This document shows, piece after piece, positions 37,240-47,610 of a DNA stretch of 64,000 bases (the first letter of the stretch is position 1; every line of letters starts with the position of its first letter). The position numbers were made by a program, and so were the translations under genes. Below the pieces are notes generated by a model. That model was not told the origin of the DNA and ran no database searches. It was given only the letters and a program-made list of their open reading frames with translations. Origin of the DNA: Patescibacteria group bacterium (GTDB lineage: Bacteria > Patescibacteriota > Minisyncoccia > Phycocordibacterales > UBA9973); contig JAZKIP010000001.1 of NCBI GenBank assembly GCA_040384805.1, positions 133,864 through 197,863 of the forward strand, read 5' to 3'.

Positions 37240-37725
37240 TTAGTGGGCATGGGCTCCGTGACCGTCATGGCCGCGAGCAGTCAGTGCGCGAGCAATAATG
37301 ACAACAGCTAAGATGAGAAGTATGACAAGCAGCCACTGCCAGATCGAACTCGGCATAAATCCGCCCGAACCTCTGATAGAAAGCGCTGTTAACTCGTTTC
37401 CTGAATTCTGGCTCTGAGTTGTCACGACCGGCGGCAAACCGATCGGATTGGTCACTGTCGTAACCGTTGTTTCTTTTGGAAGAGGCTTTACCGGCTGGAT
37501 GACAGTTGTTGTCGTTGTTGTCGCATGTGTTGTTGTCTGCGTCGGCTGATTGCTAGCAGGCGTTGAGGTATATGATATATCCTCTCCAATAGGAATGACG
37601 GTAAAGGCGGGCTTTGGAGGAATTTGAGGATATGGGATATACGCGCTGGCAGATACAGTCTGGGCACTTACAAAGGCAATCGCAAAAGCGCTTAAAGATA
37701 TTAAAATGTATTTAAGGTTATTCAT
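37240..37725 (-). CDS. Secreted Thr/Pro-rich protein with a C-terminal TM anchor and a His-rich tail
   Basis: Signal peptide, a TTTHATTTTTTV low-complexity stretch, a C-terminal hydrophobic helix, then RGHDGHGAHAH. Confidence 0.45.
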   Translation of the reverse strand: MNNLKYILISLSAFAIAFVSAQTVSASAYIPYPQIPPKPAFTVIPIGEDISYTSTPASNQPTQTTTHATTTTTTVIQPVKPLPKETTVTTVTNPIGLPPVVTTQSQNSGNELTALSIRGSGGFMPSSIWQWLLVILLILAVVIIARALTARGHDGHGAHAH

Positions 37726-37879
37726 AAGAGGTATTATAGCATATAATATACATACTTGTCAAGTATCCCTGACATGTGTTTTCTATGAGAAATAAGGCTC
37801 AAAAGCAACATTATTATAGGTAATTTAGAAATAGAGTATAATACATACTATTATATCTAATATTATTCATTATATTATC

Positions 37880-39109
37880 ATGAGTGACCCTTTTACAAAT
37901 GCCCTTGCACAGCTTGAACGAGCAAATAAAGTTATGCCTTTTAATCCTGAATTTCTTTCACGGCTCTATCAGCCGAATCGTGAAGTCCGCGTTTCTATAC
38001 CGGTATTGATGGATGATGGAACACTCAAGATCTTCGAGGGTTACCGAGTCCAATACAATAACGCTCGCGGACCGTACAAGGGCGGCATTCGTTATCATCA
38101 AGATACCGATATCGCCGAAGTGAAAGCCCTCGCCTTCTGGATGGCCCTTAAGTGTGCTGTTGTCGATATTCCTATGGGCGGTGGAAAGGGCGGCATTACC
38201 GTTGATCCGAAAAAACTATCGAAGGGAGAATTGGAGAGTCTTTCGCGCGGGTGGATCCGAGGTATGGCTCCAATTATTGGCCCATCTATCGATGTCCCCG
38301 CTCCCGATGTCAATACAACGCCCGAAATTATGAAGTGGATGGCTGACGAGTATGAGAAGATCACGGGGGACGCGACAGGCGCAGTCATTACCGGCAAACC
38401 GATCGAGAACGGCGGCTCTGAGGGCCGCGGTCCCGCAACCGGACTCGGCGGATTCTATGTATTCGATGTTGCCCGAACTCTTTTGAGTTTGCCGCAATCA
38501 TGCACTGTCGTTATCCAAGGATTCGGCAATGTCGGGGCCAATGCAGCAGAGATTTTTGAAAATAACGGACATCATGTTATTGCTACATCGGATTCAAAAG
38601 GAGCCATCTACAAAGAAGATGGCATCCGGATTGCCGACCTTATGCAATTTAAAAAAGATAACGGCAGTATTGTCGGATTCCCCGGATCGCAAACTGTCAC
38701 AAACGAAGAACTCCTGACTCTCTCCTGCGATGTTCTCGTACCGGCGGCTTTAGAAAACCAGATAACTGATAAGAACGCGGCTGATATCAAAGCGAAGATA
38801 ATTCTTGAGCTCGCTAACGGGCCAACAACTCCGGAAGCAGATGATATTTTGTACCATCATGGAATCGTTGTTATACCCGATATCCTTGCAAATGCGGGCG
38901 GAGTAACCGTATCGACATTCGAATGGGAGCAGAATTTAAAAAAGGAGCATTGGGCAGAGCAGGATGTTTTTGCAAAACTCAAAAGCATTATGGAAGAGCA
39001 AACAAAGGTTATTTTTATCAGATCTCAAGAACTTAAAACTGATTTACGCCGAACGGCCTTCATTGTCGCTCTTGAGCGTATAGAAAAAGCGATCACTAAT
39101 AAAAATTAA
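37880..39109 (+). CDS. gdhA: Glutamate dehydrogenase
   Basis: KGGIRYHQD...DIPMGGGKGG catalytic Lys region and the GFGNVG dinucleotide-binding motif. Confidence 0.9.
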   Translation: MSDPFTNALAQLERANKVMPFNPEFLSRLYQPNREVRVSIPVLMDDGTLKIFEGYRVQYNNARGPYKGGIRYHQDTDIAEVKALAFWMALKCAVVDIPMGGGKGGITVDPKKLSKGELESLSRGWIRGMAPIIGPSIDVPAPDVNTTPEIMKWMADEYEKITGDATGAVITGKPIENGGSEGRGPATGLGGFYVFDVARTLLSLPQSCTVVIQGFGNVGANAAEIFENNGHHVIATSDSKGAIYKEDGIRIADLMQFKKDNGSIVGFPGSQTVTNEELLTLSCDVLVPAALENQITDKNAADIKAKIILELANGPTTPEADDILYHHGIVVIPDILANAGGVTVSTFEWEQNLKKEHWAEQDVFAKLKSIMEEQTKVIFIRSQELKTDLRRTAFIVALERIEKAITNKN

Positions 39110-39112
39110 AAT

Positions 39113-40600
39113 ATGGAAAAGAAAATCACAACGGCACTTATTTCAGTTTTCAATAAAGACGGGCTTGAACCCATCATTAAAGAACTCAACAGGCACAGTG
39201 TGCGGATTATCTCAACAGGAGGAACGGCTGATTTCATACGCACGTTCAATATTCCCGTTACTGACGTTGAAACGATCACCGGATTCCCTTCTGTGTTCGG
39301 CGGGCGTGTAAAGACTCTCCAGCCTCAGATTTTCGGAGGAATCCTTAACCGCAGGGATAATGCCGATGATCAAAAAGAAAAAGATATTCACAAGATAGAA
39401 GACATCGATCTCGTGATTGTCGATCTATATCCGTTTGAAGAAACGCTTAAAAGTGGCGCATCCGACGAAGACATCATCGAGAAGATCGACATCGGGGGCA
39501 TTTCTCTTATTCGTGCGGCAGCAAAGAATTTCAACGATGTTGTTGTCATCCCTTCAAAAGATCACTACTCTTCCCTTGCGGCAATTCTTGAGAAAGGAAA
39601 TACCACGACCCTCGATGAACGAAAGAAATATGCGGGAAGTGCGTTTGAAGTGACAAGCATGTATGATACGGCAATTCGCGGATACTTTCAGGGCACAGCG
39701 CTCCGCTACGGCGAAAACCCTCATCAAAAAGGCTCCTTTATCGGCGATATGGAGCGTATATTTGCTATTATGCAAGGCAAGGAGCTTTCATATAACAATA
39801 TCCTCGATGTTGATGCCGCGATCCGTCTGATAAATGATTTCAAGATGCCTGCATTCGCCATCCTCAAACATACAAATGCTTGCGGCCTTGCCTGCGGGAC
39901 GCTCGATACGCTCTCTTTGTGCAAGAAAGCCTACTCATCGGATCCGGTATCCGCTTTCGGCGGGATTCTTGTAACCAATCAAGAGGTCACCGAAGACACT
40001 GCCCGATATCTTGTCGAAGAAATTAAATTATTCTTCGAAATAATTATTGCGCCAAAATTTTCATCACAATCTTTAGAAGTTTTTGCCAAGAAGCCCGATA
40101 TTCGCGTATTAGAGACTACCGGCACTCCTCTCCCGACAACAGAACTGCGTACATCTCTTAATGGATTTCTTGCCCAAGACCGTGATATACAAACAGAGAG
40201 CTTGGATAATTTAAAAGTTGTAACCAAGAAAATTCCAACGGATAATGAGAAGCAGGATATGATCATCGCAAGCATCGCTGCCAAGCATCTCAAATCAAAC
40301 TGCATCGCTATCGTCAAAGACGGCAACATGATTACCATGGGCGCAGGTCAGGTCTCCCGCGTCGATGCATTGAAAAATGCTCTTGAGAAAGCGAAAGGAT
40401 TCGACCTTCATGTCGGAGGTGCGGTCCTTGCCTCTGAAGCCTTCTTTCCTTTCCCCGATTGCGTGGAGATCGCGGCCGCTTCCGGCATCACAGCCATTGT
40501 TCAGCCCGGTGGATCAAAAAATGATCAGAAATCGATCGATAAGGCAGACGAACTAGGGCTTTCTATGACTATGACCGGATTCAGACATTTTAAGCATTAA
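39113..40600 (+). CDS. purH: Bifunctional AICAR transformylase / IMP cyclohydrolase
   Basis: N-terminal MGS-like domain (ALISVFNKDGLEPIIKEL...ISTGGTADFI) and a C-terminal AICARFT domain. Confidence 0.9.
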   Translation: MEKKITTALISVFNKDGLEPIIKELNRHSVRIISTGGTADFIRTFNIPVTDVETITGFPSVFGGRVKTLQPQIFGGILNRRDNADDQKEKDIHKIEDIDLVIVDLYPFEETLKSGASDEDIIEKIDIGGISLIRAAAKNFNDVVVIPSKDHYSSLAAILEKGNTTTLDERKKYAGSAFEVTSMYDTAIRGYFQGTALRYGENPHQKGSFIGDMERIFAIMQGKELSYNNILDVDAAIRLINDFKMPAFAILKHTNACGLACGTLDTLSLCKKAYSSDPVSAFGGILVTNQEVTEDTARYLVEEIKLFFEIIIAPKFSSQSLEVFAKKPDIRVLETTGTPLPTTELRTSLNGFLAQDRDIQTESLDNLKVVTKKIPTDNEKQDMIIASIAAKHLKSNCIAIVKDGNMITMGAGQVSRVDALKNALEKAKGFDLHVGGAVLASEAFFPFPDCVEIAAASGITAIVQPGGSKNDQKSIDKADELGLSMTMTGFRHFKH

Positions 40601-40623
40601 GAATTTTCTATTATAATAAATCA

Positions 40624-43302
40624 ATGAAAAAGACCAAGAAACCTTCCGTTCGTCTGGTACCTCATGTGCGGCCCGAACGCTATACTCTAATATTGAAGCC
40701 TGATCTTGAGGCCTTTATTTTCGAAGGGAAAGAGGTTATCGATATCATTATCAATAAACCTGTCACAGAAATAACTCTCCATTCCAAGGATATAAAAATC
40801 CAAACAGCTGAGATCGTACAAAAGAAAAACGCGGATTTTGCATATAAGATTTCATATGACGAAAAAGCAGAAACTGTTACTTTCTTTTTTAAGAATTTTA
40901 TTGCGAAAGGCAAAGCCAAGCTTTCAATCATATTCTCGGGCATGATCAATGAACATCTGCGCGGATTTTATAGGAGTCGCTATACAATCGACGGGGTCGA
41001 GAAACACTTGGCAACGACCCAGTTTGAATCAACCGACGCACGTCGCGCATTTCCCTGCTTCGACGAACCTGCTCACAAGGCAATTTTCGATGTTTCGCTC
41101 ATTGTACCCGGCACTCATACGGCGATCTCCAATACCCTTCCGACAAAAATAAGCGAACACGAGGGAGGATATAAGGTCGTTGAGTTCGCTTCAACGCCAC
41201 GCATGTCGACATATCTCCTGGCATTCATTATCGGCGAATTCGAATATATCGAGGGATGGACCAAGGGAGGAGGCAAGGTATCAGCCGAAATTTCACGGTC
41301 TGGCCGAGCTATTTCCGCAAGTAAAAAAAATAGTAGCGAGGAAATCCGAGGACCTGAAATTTCGGCTGGTGCTGGGATGACCCCTCAAAGCGTACAGATC
41401 CGCGTCTTCACGACGCCCGGCAAGAAGCATCAGGCGAAATTTGCTCTCGATGTCGCCATCAGGTCGCTTGAATTCTATAACGAATATTTTGATATTCCCT
41501 ACCCGTTTCCCGTCCTTGACCTTATCGCCATTCCTGATTTCGAATCGGCTGCCATGGAAAACTGGGGAGCTGTCACATTCCGCGAAACTGCGCTCTTGGT
41601 AGACGAGAACAATACCTCCCTTTCGACCAAGCAGTGGGTGGCTGTCGTCATTGCTCATGAAATCGCCCATCAGTGGTTTGGCAATCTGGTCACTATGCGC
41701 TGGTGGACCGATCTCTGGCTCAACGAGGGATTCGCCTCATATATGGAGAATCTCTGTGTTGATCACATGTTCCCCGACTGGCATATATGGGACCTTTACC
41801 TTGCGGATCGCTATACGGTGGCACTCCGCCTTGATTCGCTCGCCAATTCCCACCCAATTGAGGTTACTGTCCACCATCCGGATGAGATAAGCGAAATCTT
41901 CGATATGGTCTCGTATGCAAAGGGTTCGGCTGTCATTCGTATGATCGCCCAATATCTCGGATATGAGAAGTTCCGCGACGGCTTGCGCCATTATTTGAAG
42001 AAGCACAGCTACGGGAATACCGATACGAAAGATCTCTGGCATTCATTCGAAAAAGTAAGCCGCAAACCTGTTACCAAGATGATGGAATCTTGGACAGGCA
42101 GAACCGGCTATCCTCTCATCTCTATATCCCAAACGAAAAATCAGTGGAGCGCCCGCCAAGAAAGATTCTTTTCAAGCCGCATTTCGGCAAAAAATAATAA
42201 AGAGAAGACTCTCTGGCATATTCCTTTTGCATATGAAAGCAATAAAGAATCAGAAATAATGCTTGCAACGAAAAAATCCTTCCCTCTCATTGGATCATCA
42301 ATCGGCAAAATAAATAAGGATGAAGGATCATTCCTAAGAGTAAGATACGACAAGGCTACGTTGGCGCGCTTGCGGTCGGAAATAGAGAACAATACTCTTC
42401 CCGTCGCTGACAGGCTCGGCATTATCCGTGATCTCTTCGCTCTTGCTGAAGGAGGATACATCGGAACTGCCGAGGCCCTCGAATTCTCCCTTGCATATAA
42501 GAACGAGGAACAATATATCGTATGGTTTGAGATCACATCGGGAATAAGCAAAGTCTATAATCTTATTCGTGATGAGGTATTCAAAGAAAGCTTCAGATCA
42601 TATGCCCGATCGCTATTCACTCCGATCGCCGAGAAAATGACATTTGAAGAACATAAAGGAGAGGATCATTCGCAGAAATTCTTGCGCAGTCTCTCCTTGT
42701 CTCATGCCGCAGCATATGGAAATAAGACTATTATCAGACAAGCTCACGAATTATTCAAAGAAAGAAATAAAAATCCGATCAGGGCCGATATTCGAAGCGC
42801 CGTATACGGTATTGTTGCAGCAGAAGGCAGTACAAAAGAATGGGAAACTTTTCAGAAACTCTATATAAAAGAAACTCATCACGAAGAGCAGGAGCGTTTT
42901 GGCCGGGCCCTTGCTTCATTTCGCGACAAAACCCTTCTTGCCCGCACTCTTATGTTCACCCTTTCGAAGCATGTGCGCATGCAGGATGCTCCGTTTCTTT
43001 TAAGCGCCGTATGGCAAAATAGTAATGGACGCGATCTTGCATGGAAATTCATACAGCATAACTGGAAAGAAACGACCAAGCGCTTTGGAGAAGGCGGGTT
43101 CATCTCGCGCATTCTCTCTGCTCTCGGAACTCATATTAAAATAAAAGATGCGCGTGATGCGAAGAAATTCTTTGCCAAGAATCCAGCCCCCGAAGCAGAC
43201 CGGACCCTTGAGCAGGCATACGAGCGAATACATTCGAATGCCGCATGGATAAAGGCAGATAGGCAGACAGTCAAGAAGTGGCTGGCTAAAAATTATAAAT
43301 AG
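40624..43302 (+). CDS. pepN: Aminopeptidase N (M1 family), with a low-complexity insertion near residues 215-260
   Basis: GAMEN-like AMENWG motif, the zincin motif HEIAHQWFGNLVTMRWWTDLWLNEGFASY, and a C-terminal ERAP1-like domain. Confidence 0.9.
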   Translation: MKKTKKPSVRLVPHVRPERYTLILKPDLEAFIFEGKEVIDIIINKPVTEITLHSKDIKIQTAEIVQKKNADFAYKISYDEKAETVTFFFKNFIAKGKAKLSIIFSGMINEHLRGFYRSRYTIDGVEKHLATTQFESTDARRAFPCFDEPAHKAIFDVSLIVPGTHTAISNTLPTKISEHEGGYKVVEFASTPRMSTYLLAFIIGEFEYIEGWTKGGGKVSAEISRSGRAISASKKNSSEEIRGPEISAGAGMTPQSVQIRVFTTPGKKHQAKFALDVAIRSLEFYNEYFDIPYPFPVLDLIAIPDFESAAMENWGAVTFRETALLVDENNTSLSTKQWVAVVIAHEIAHQWFGNLVTMRWWTDLWLNEGFASYMENLCVDHMFPDWHIWDLYLADRYTVALRLDSLANSHPIEVTVHHPDEISEIFDMVSYAKGSAVIRMIAQYLGYEKFRDGLRHYLKKHSYGNTDTKDLWHSFEKVSRKPVTKMMESWTGRTGYPLISISQTKNQWSARQERFFSSRISAKNNKEKTLWHIPFAYESNKESEIMLATKKSFPLIGSSIGKINKDEGSFLRVRYDKATLARLRSEIENNTLPVADRLGIIRDLFALAEGGYIGTAEALEFSLAYKNEEQYIVWFEITSGISKVYNLIRDEVFKESFRSYARSLFTPIAEKMTFEEHKGEDHSQKFLRSLSLSHAAAYGNKTIIRQAHELFKERNKNPIRADIRSAVYGIVAAEGSTKEWETFQKLYIKETHHEEQERFGRALASFRDKTLLARTLMFTLSKHVRMQDAPFLLSAVWQNSNGRDLAWKFIQHNWKETTKRFGEGGFISRILSALGTHIKIKDARDAKKFFAKNPAPEADRTLEQAYERIHSNAAWIKADRQTVKKWLAKNYK

Positions 43303-43901
43303 CTGCCAAGAAAACTTTTTCGATGGAGCGCAGTCAGCCCGTTCTTTTTTATCGCATCAAAATGCGCTTTTGTTCCATATCCGGCATGTTTCTCGAATCC
43401 ATATGCTGGATACTCTTGTGCGTATTCTGTCATTAATTTATCGCGCGTAACCTTTGCCACGATAGACGCGCAGGAAATGACAGGATGAAGCTCGTCGCCT
43501 TTGATCACTGTTTCCTGATTAACATACTCAATAGGCGCTTTCAATCCCCCATCCAAATAGACTTTCGCATCGGCAGGATCGACCAATAGCTTCGCAAGAG
43601 ATTGATTCAAAGCCTTCTTAATTGCGCGAACAATCCCCACTTTATCAATCCATTCTGCAGAGACCATCGATACCGCAAAGTCACATTGTCCTTTTTCTTT
43701 TTCACTCTTTAGATATTCAAACCATTTCTCACGTTGCTTCGCAGTGAGTTTTTTCGAATCCCGTATCTGTACTCCTGTTATCTGTATTCCATTAGTAATT
43801 AGTAATTCGTAATTTGTCTTTATACATAAAAAAGCGCATACGGCCACCGGTCCTGCGATCGGACCGCGGCCTACTTCGTCGATACCCATAGTATAATTCA
43901 T
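43293..43901 (-). CDS. rnhB: Ribonuclease HII
   Basis: GIDEVGRGPIAGPVAVCAF active-site motif. Overlaps the end of pepN by 10 nt. Confidence 0.9.
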   Translation of the reverse strand: MNYTMGIDEVGRGPIAGPVAVCAFLCIKTNYELLITNGIQITGVQIRDSKKLTAKQREKWFEYLKSEKEKGQCDFAVSMVSAEWIDKVGIVRAIKKALNQSLAKLLVDPADAKVYLDGGLKAPIEYVNQETVIKGDELHPVISCASIVAKVTRDKLMTEYAQEYPAYGFEKHAGYGTKAHFDAIKKNGLTALHRKSFLGSYL

Positions 43902-43976
43902 AATTAAATTGCTCTTGACTTTATATATAAAAATGTTATTCTAATAATAGATTTTGTAACCATTAAAACAGTATAT

Positions 43977-44390
43977 ATGAAATCAGATTTTGAATCTATT
44001 ATTCATGTTATGAAGACCAACGGAGTTGGCTTTATAAAATCCTTTTTTTCTGAAGACTCGTCTTTGGATGAAAAACCTTCTATCCTAAAGGAAAATTTCA
44101 TAACTATCAAATTCTCCGATGGCAAGGAAAAGCTAGGATGGCTGATACTTACAGGAGATGACTATATCAATCATCTGATTACGCACATAAATGATTCTGA
44201 AAAAGAAGCCAGGGCAATGGTTACTGGGCCTGATTATACAACATATATCCGGCTCCGTAGCATACCGTACGAACCGACGAGCAAGAGAGAGAATATCTGC
44301 CATATAGATATTCTCTTAAAGCATCTCGATAAAGGTATCGGAGAAGCAATCATAACCCCAAGCCTTGAAAGCAGGAACGATTTCAAATAG
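43977..44390 (+). CDS. Hypothetical protein
   Basis: 137-aa ORF with no recognisable motif. Confidence 0.4.
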   Translation: MKSDFESIIHVMKTNGVGFIKSFFSEDSSLDEKPSILKENFITIKFSDGKEKLGWLILTGDDYINHLITHINDSEKEARAMVTGPDYTTYIRLRSIPYEPTSKRENICHIDILLKHLDKGIGEAIITPSLESRNDFK

Positions 44391-44457
44391 TAACCAAAAC
44401 AGCATCCTTTAATACTCCTGAGCATTATGCGCAGGAGTATTTTACAATGAAAGTCTC

Positions 44458-44567
44458 ATTTGTCGATAATATCTATTCACTGTTATAATGACCCAATCAT
44501 GGATTCAAAGTTTATTCACCTCCACACTCATTCCCACTATTCCCTCCTCGACGGATTGTCTAAAATC
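44458..44567 (+). repeat. Left 110-bp direct repeat: a copy of the dnaE promoter plus the first ~27 codons
   Basis: 108/110 nt identical to 57504..57613, including the TTGTCG/TTGTCA -35 box, a 17-nt spacer, the TTATAAT -10 box, and ATGGATTCAAAGTTTATTCACCTCCACACTCATTCCCACTATTCCCTCCTCGACGGATTGTC. Confidence 0.9.
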
Positions 44568-44654
44568 ATCATTAATAAAATTTATCGCCTTTGTACCCAG
44601 AGAAAATTATTGCCTAACTATCGAAAATCCAGCTTATTCTTACGATGCATATGA
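44460..44654 (+). pseudogene. Truncated duplicate of the DnaE N-terminus (first ~35 aa, then unrelated tail)
   Basis: MSIISIHCYNDPIMDSKFIHLHTHSHYSLLDGLSKI is identical to the start of ORF 57506. It diverges after the repeat boundary. Confidence 0.8.
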
Positions 44655-44776
44655 GTAAGGCGATTTAGATTGTCATAGGAAAATGAAGTAACATTTTGCC
44701 CGCTAACTGATAGCCAATACACATTCATAAATATGAACAAAATAAACCGCATGACAATCTTTTTTACTATTCCAAT

Positions 44777-45229
44777 CTAATAACTTTTAAAATACTCAAA
44801 AGTCATTTTCTTTATTATTTCAGCGATTGTGAGGGCATTCCTAATAAATTTTATCCTGGAATTTATTTCTCCATCGGAATCCCAGTTGTCTTTGTTTCCC
44901 CATATGTGCCTCAAAAGCTTCTCTTTGAATTCATCCAATTGGAGACTCTTTGCATCCTTTTTAAACTGCAATTTGATTTTAATTCTCTGATTAAGAAAAA
45001 TATCAAATCCGAAAAATGGGCCAACAGTTCCTACTTTATGGATTGCTATTATACTAAATGAGTCTCCTTTGCTATCCACAATTTTAGCATTCTCAAAATA
45101 TAATTTCCCCTTTTTTGTACATACTGTTAAATCACTGTCATTTCTAAAAAATGCTATAACTTCTTTGCCAAAACAAATTATAGGATATTCAAAACTATTT
45201 TTAGTCGTTTCGTCCATAATTGTTACCAA
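44777..45229 (-). CDS. Hypothetical protein, between the left boundary repeat and the first 37-bp array repeat
   Basis: 150-aa ORF only. Confidence 0.35.
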   Translation of the reverse strand: MVTIMDETTKNSFEYPIICFGKEVIAFFRNDSDLTVCTKKGKLYFENAKIVDSKGDSFSIIAIHKVGTVGPFFGFDIFLNQRIKIKLQFKKDAKSLQLDEFKEKLLRHIWGNKDNWDSDGEINSRIKFIRNALTIAEIIKKMTFEYFKSY

Positions 45230-45297
45230 TACTTTTAATTATATATAGTCCAGTTTTTAAGTTGCACAACCTCCTTTTAACGACACTAGTATGCAAG

Positions 45298-45911
45298 TTG
45301 TAATACAAGTAATGTTCGTTTCTTGATGACGATTTTCTTATTTTATATAAGCTGAATTTTCTTTGAATAGTAATGGCTTTTGTTATATTTCTTAGATAGT
45401 AGATTGCCCCATTTCCCCATCTTTTTTTATTACTTTCAGCGTCAAAACCAATTATCCCAAACTTTACGTTGTAATCCACGGAGACATAATAGTAGTAATA
45501 ATAGTATTCATGATTGCCAAGGTCTTTCAATTCAAATGTTAGCCTGAAATCTGTTTCGGAATCTCCTTCTTTCTTTTGCGATTTTAAGTATTCCTTAATT
45601 GCTTCAATTTTCTTTCTGCTCTTGTTTTTAGACAAATTTTTGTGATTGTAAATATCACAGACATATCTTGCTGAAACAACCTCTTGTTTATTTTTTTCTT
45701 CTAGAATATTGCGATTTGCGTGATTATTGATATTCGTCGCGATAGTACTATAATTTGCAGGGTTTTTTAATTTTCCTTGTGGCGGGTTATCCTTAAAATA
45801 GTCACGTAACAAGCGAACAACTTCTTTTAAATCTGTAGTGGAATACAGTTCCGTTTTCCGAACGCGGGCTGTAAGTTTCTTATATATATTAGGATCAATG
45901 GTTTTTTTCAT
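45298..45911 (-). pseudogene. Spacer-1 gene fragment, C-terminally truncated at the repeat junction
   Basis: ORF 45201..45911 reads through repeat 1. The tail translated from the repeat, LHTSVVKRRLCN, recurs in every ORF that crosses a repeat on the minus strand. Confidence 0.4.
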
Positions 45912-46827
45912 GAGTTCAAAATAGAAAATTGTGAAGATTTTTGTGAACTTTTTTTAAAAAATGTGTATGTCTCCGTTAACATGATCTATAGAAATGGTGG
46001 GAATTTTACCGCGATGGTAGCTAATAAAAAAACCCACCAGTTTTTTACTAGTGGGCCATCATCGGAAGGAACAGTATTCCGAGATGTAGCCTATAAGGTT
46101 GTTCAAAGCAACCAAGTGGCGTTCCTTTATTATACTGATTGTCAGTATAATAGCAACGTTATCTCTGTCTGTTCCAAATTAAACATGTAAAATCTATGTT
46201 TTATGGAACAGTATACATCCTTAAGATTCTCTGAATTAAGCGACGCAATTCTTGCCGGCTACAAGCATGATTTTGTAATACAAGTTAGTGGTACGCTTAA
46301 ATGCCTCTCAAAACCGGGTAAAGTTTATTCTCCTGATGAGGTTGATATAAGAGTCATTACTTCTTTGAAGAAGAAGGCTAGCCTTCTTCTTATTACTACC
46401 AATGATGGATTATACAAGGGAACGTCGGTGGATTATTGGGAATATTAAGTAAGGTCTAAATTTATTATCCTAAATAAGATTAGTTGCACAACCTCCTTTT
46501 AACGACACTAGTATGCAAGGTAATAATTTTTTTTATTTATAACATCATTGAGACATTGTAGAACAGTCTATTATTCTTCTCTTCACATTACGGAGAGCCA
46601 TCAGTAAAAAAAACCATCAACATTTGTTGATGGTTCACCCGTTCGGTAACAGCTTACCGAGAGATTATTTTACATAGTGGTGACACACTACGTAACGTAA
46701 TGATAATCTATCACTTATAGGTTATTTGTCAACTCTTTGTAGCCTGTTCCGACCATATCTGTAAAAAATATGGTTTATGGAACAATATAAGTTGCACAAC
46801 CTCCTTTTAACGACACTAGTATGCAAG

Positions 46828-47517
46828 GCTTATGATCCAGGAAATAAGTTCTCAATCCCATTTCAGTATTCAGCCTGTGGAATAGGAGTTGACACAAGCA
46901 AAGTCAAAAACTTCAAGAAAAGCTGGTCACTCCTCTTTGATGAAAAATATAAGGGCAAAATCAGTATGTTAGATGATATTCGTTATGGAATGGTTCCGGC
47001 ATTGAAGACCCTTGGCTATTCGCTAAACACAACTAACGAAACCGAATTAAGTCACGTTAGAGATTTATTGTTAAGGCAAAAATCTTTGGTCCGAGCCTAT
47101 ACTAGCGATACATATATTGATCTTCTCAAGTCAGGGGAAGTCTGGATAGCGTATGGATACACTGGGGATATTTATCAGGCGATAAAGGAAAATTCTAATA
47201 TTGTTTATTTTATTCCAGAAGAAGGGTCTGCGCTTGCAGTAGAAAGCATGTGCATCCTGAAAGGAGCTAAAAATAAAAAAACGGCCGAACAATTTATGAA
47301 TTATATTCTGGAACCTCAAGTAGATGCGGATATAGTAAATCACACTCAATATGCAACTCCAAATGATTCGGCTAAACAGTTTATTAACCCCAAAATTCTG
47401 AATGATGAGAATATTTTTCCAGGAAATTCAGTTTTTCTGAAAAGTGAGTATATACGAGATCTTGGTAAAGCAAATCTGCTATATGATAAACTATGGACCG
47501 AAATAAAGACCAAATAA
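46828..47517 (+). pseudogene. Spacer-3: N-terminally truncated PotD/PotF-like polyamine ABC substrate-binding protein fragment
   Basis: C-terminal ~230 aa of a spermidine/putrescine-binding protein fold (…GEVWIAYGYTGDIYQA…NYILEPQVDADIVNHTQYATPN…). It starts directly at the repeat junction with no start codon. Confidence 0.5.
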
Positions 47518-47610
47518 CAGTTTTTCCTTTGACAATTCAATAAACTTGCATCGTATTAGTTGGCGTAGTAAAATCTAATATTATTAGAGATTATAGGACT
47601 TCATGCCAAG

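Noticed and set aside
44460-44654. 64-aa ORF as a genuine gene
   Set aside because: Its first ~35 residues are an exact duplicate of the DnaE N-terminus, created by the 110-bp direct repeat. The remainder is out-of-context sequence.
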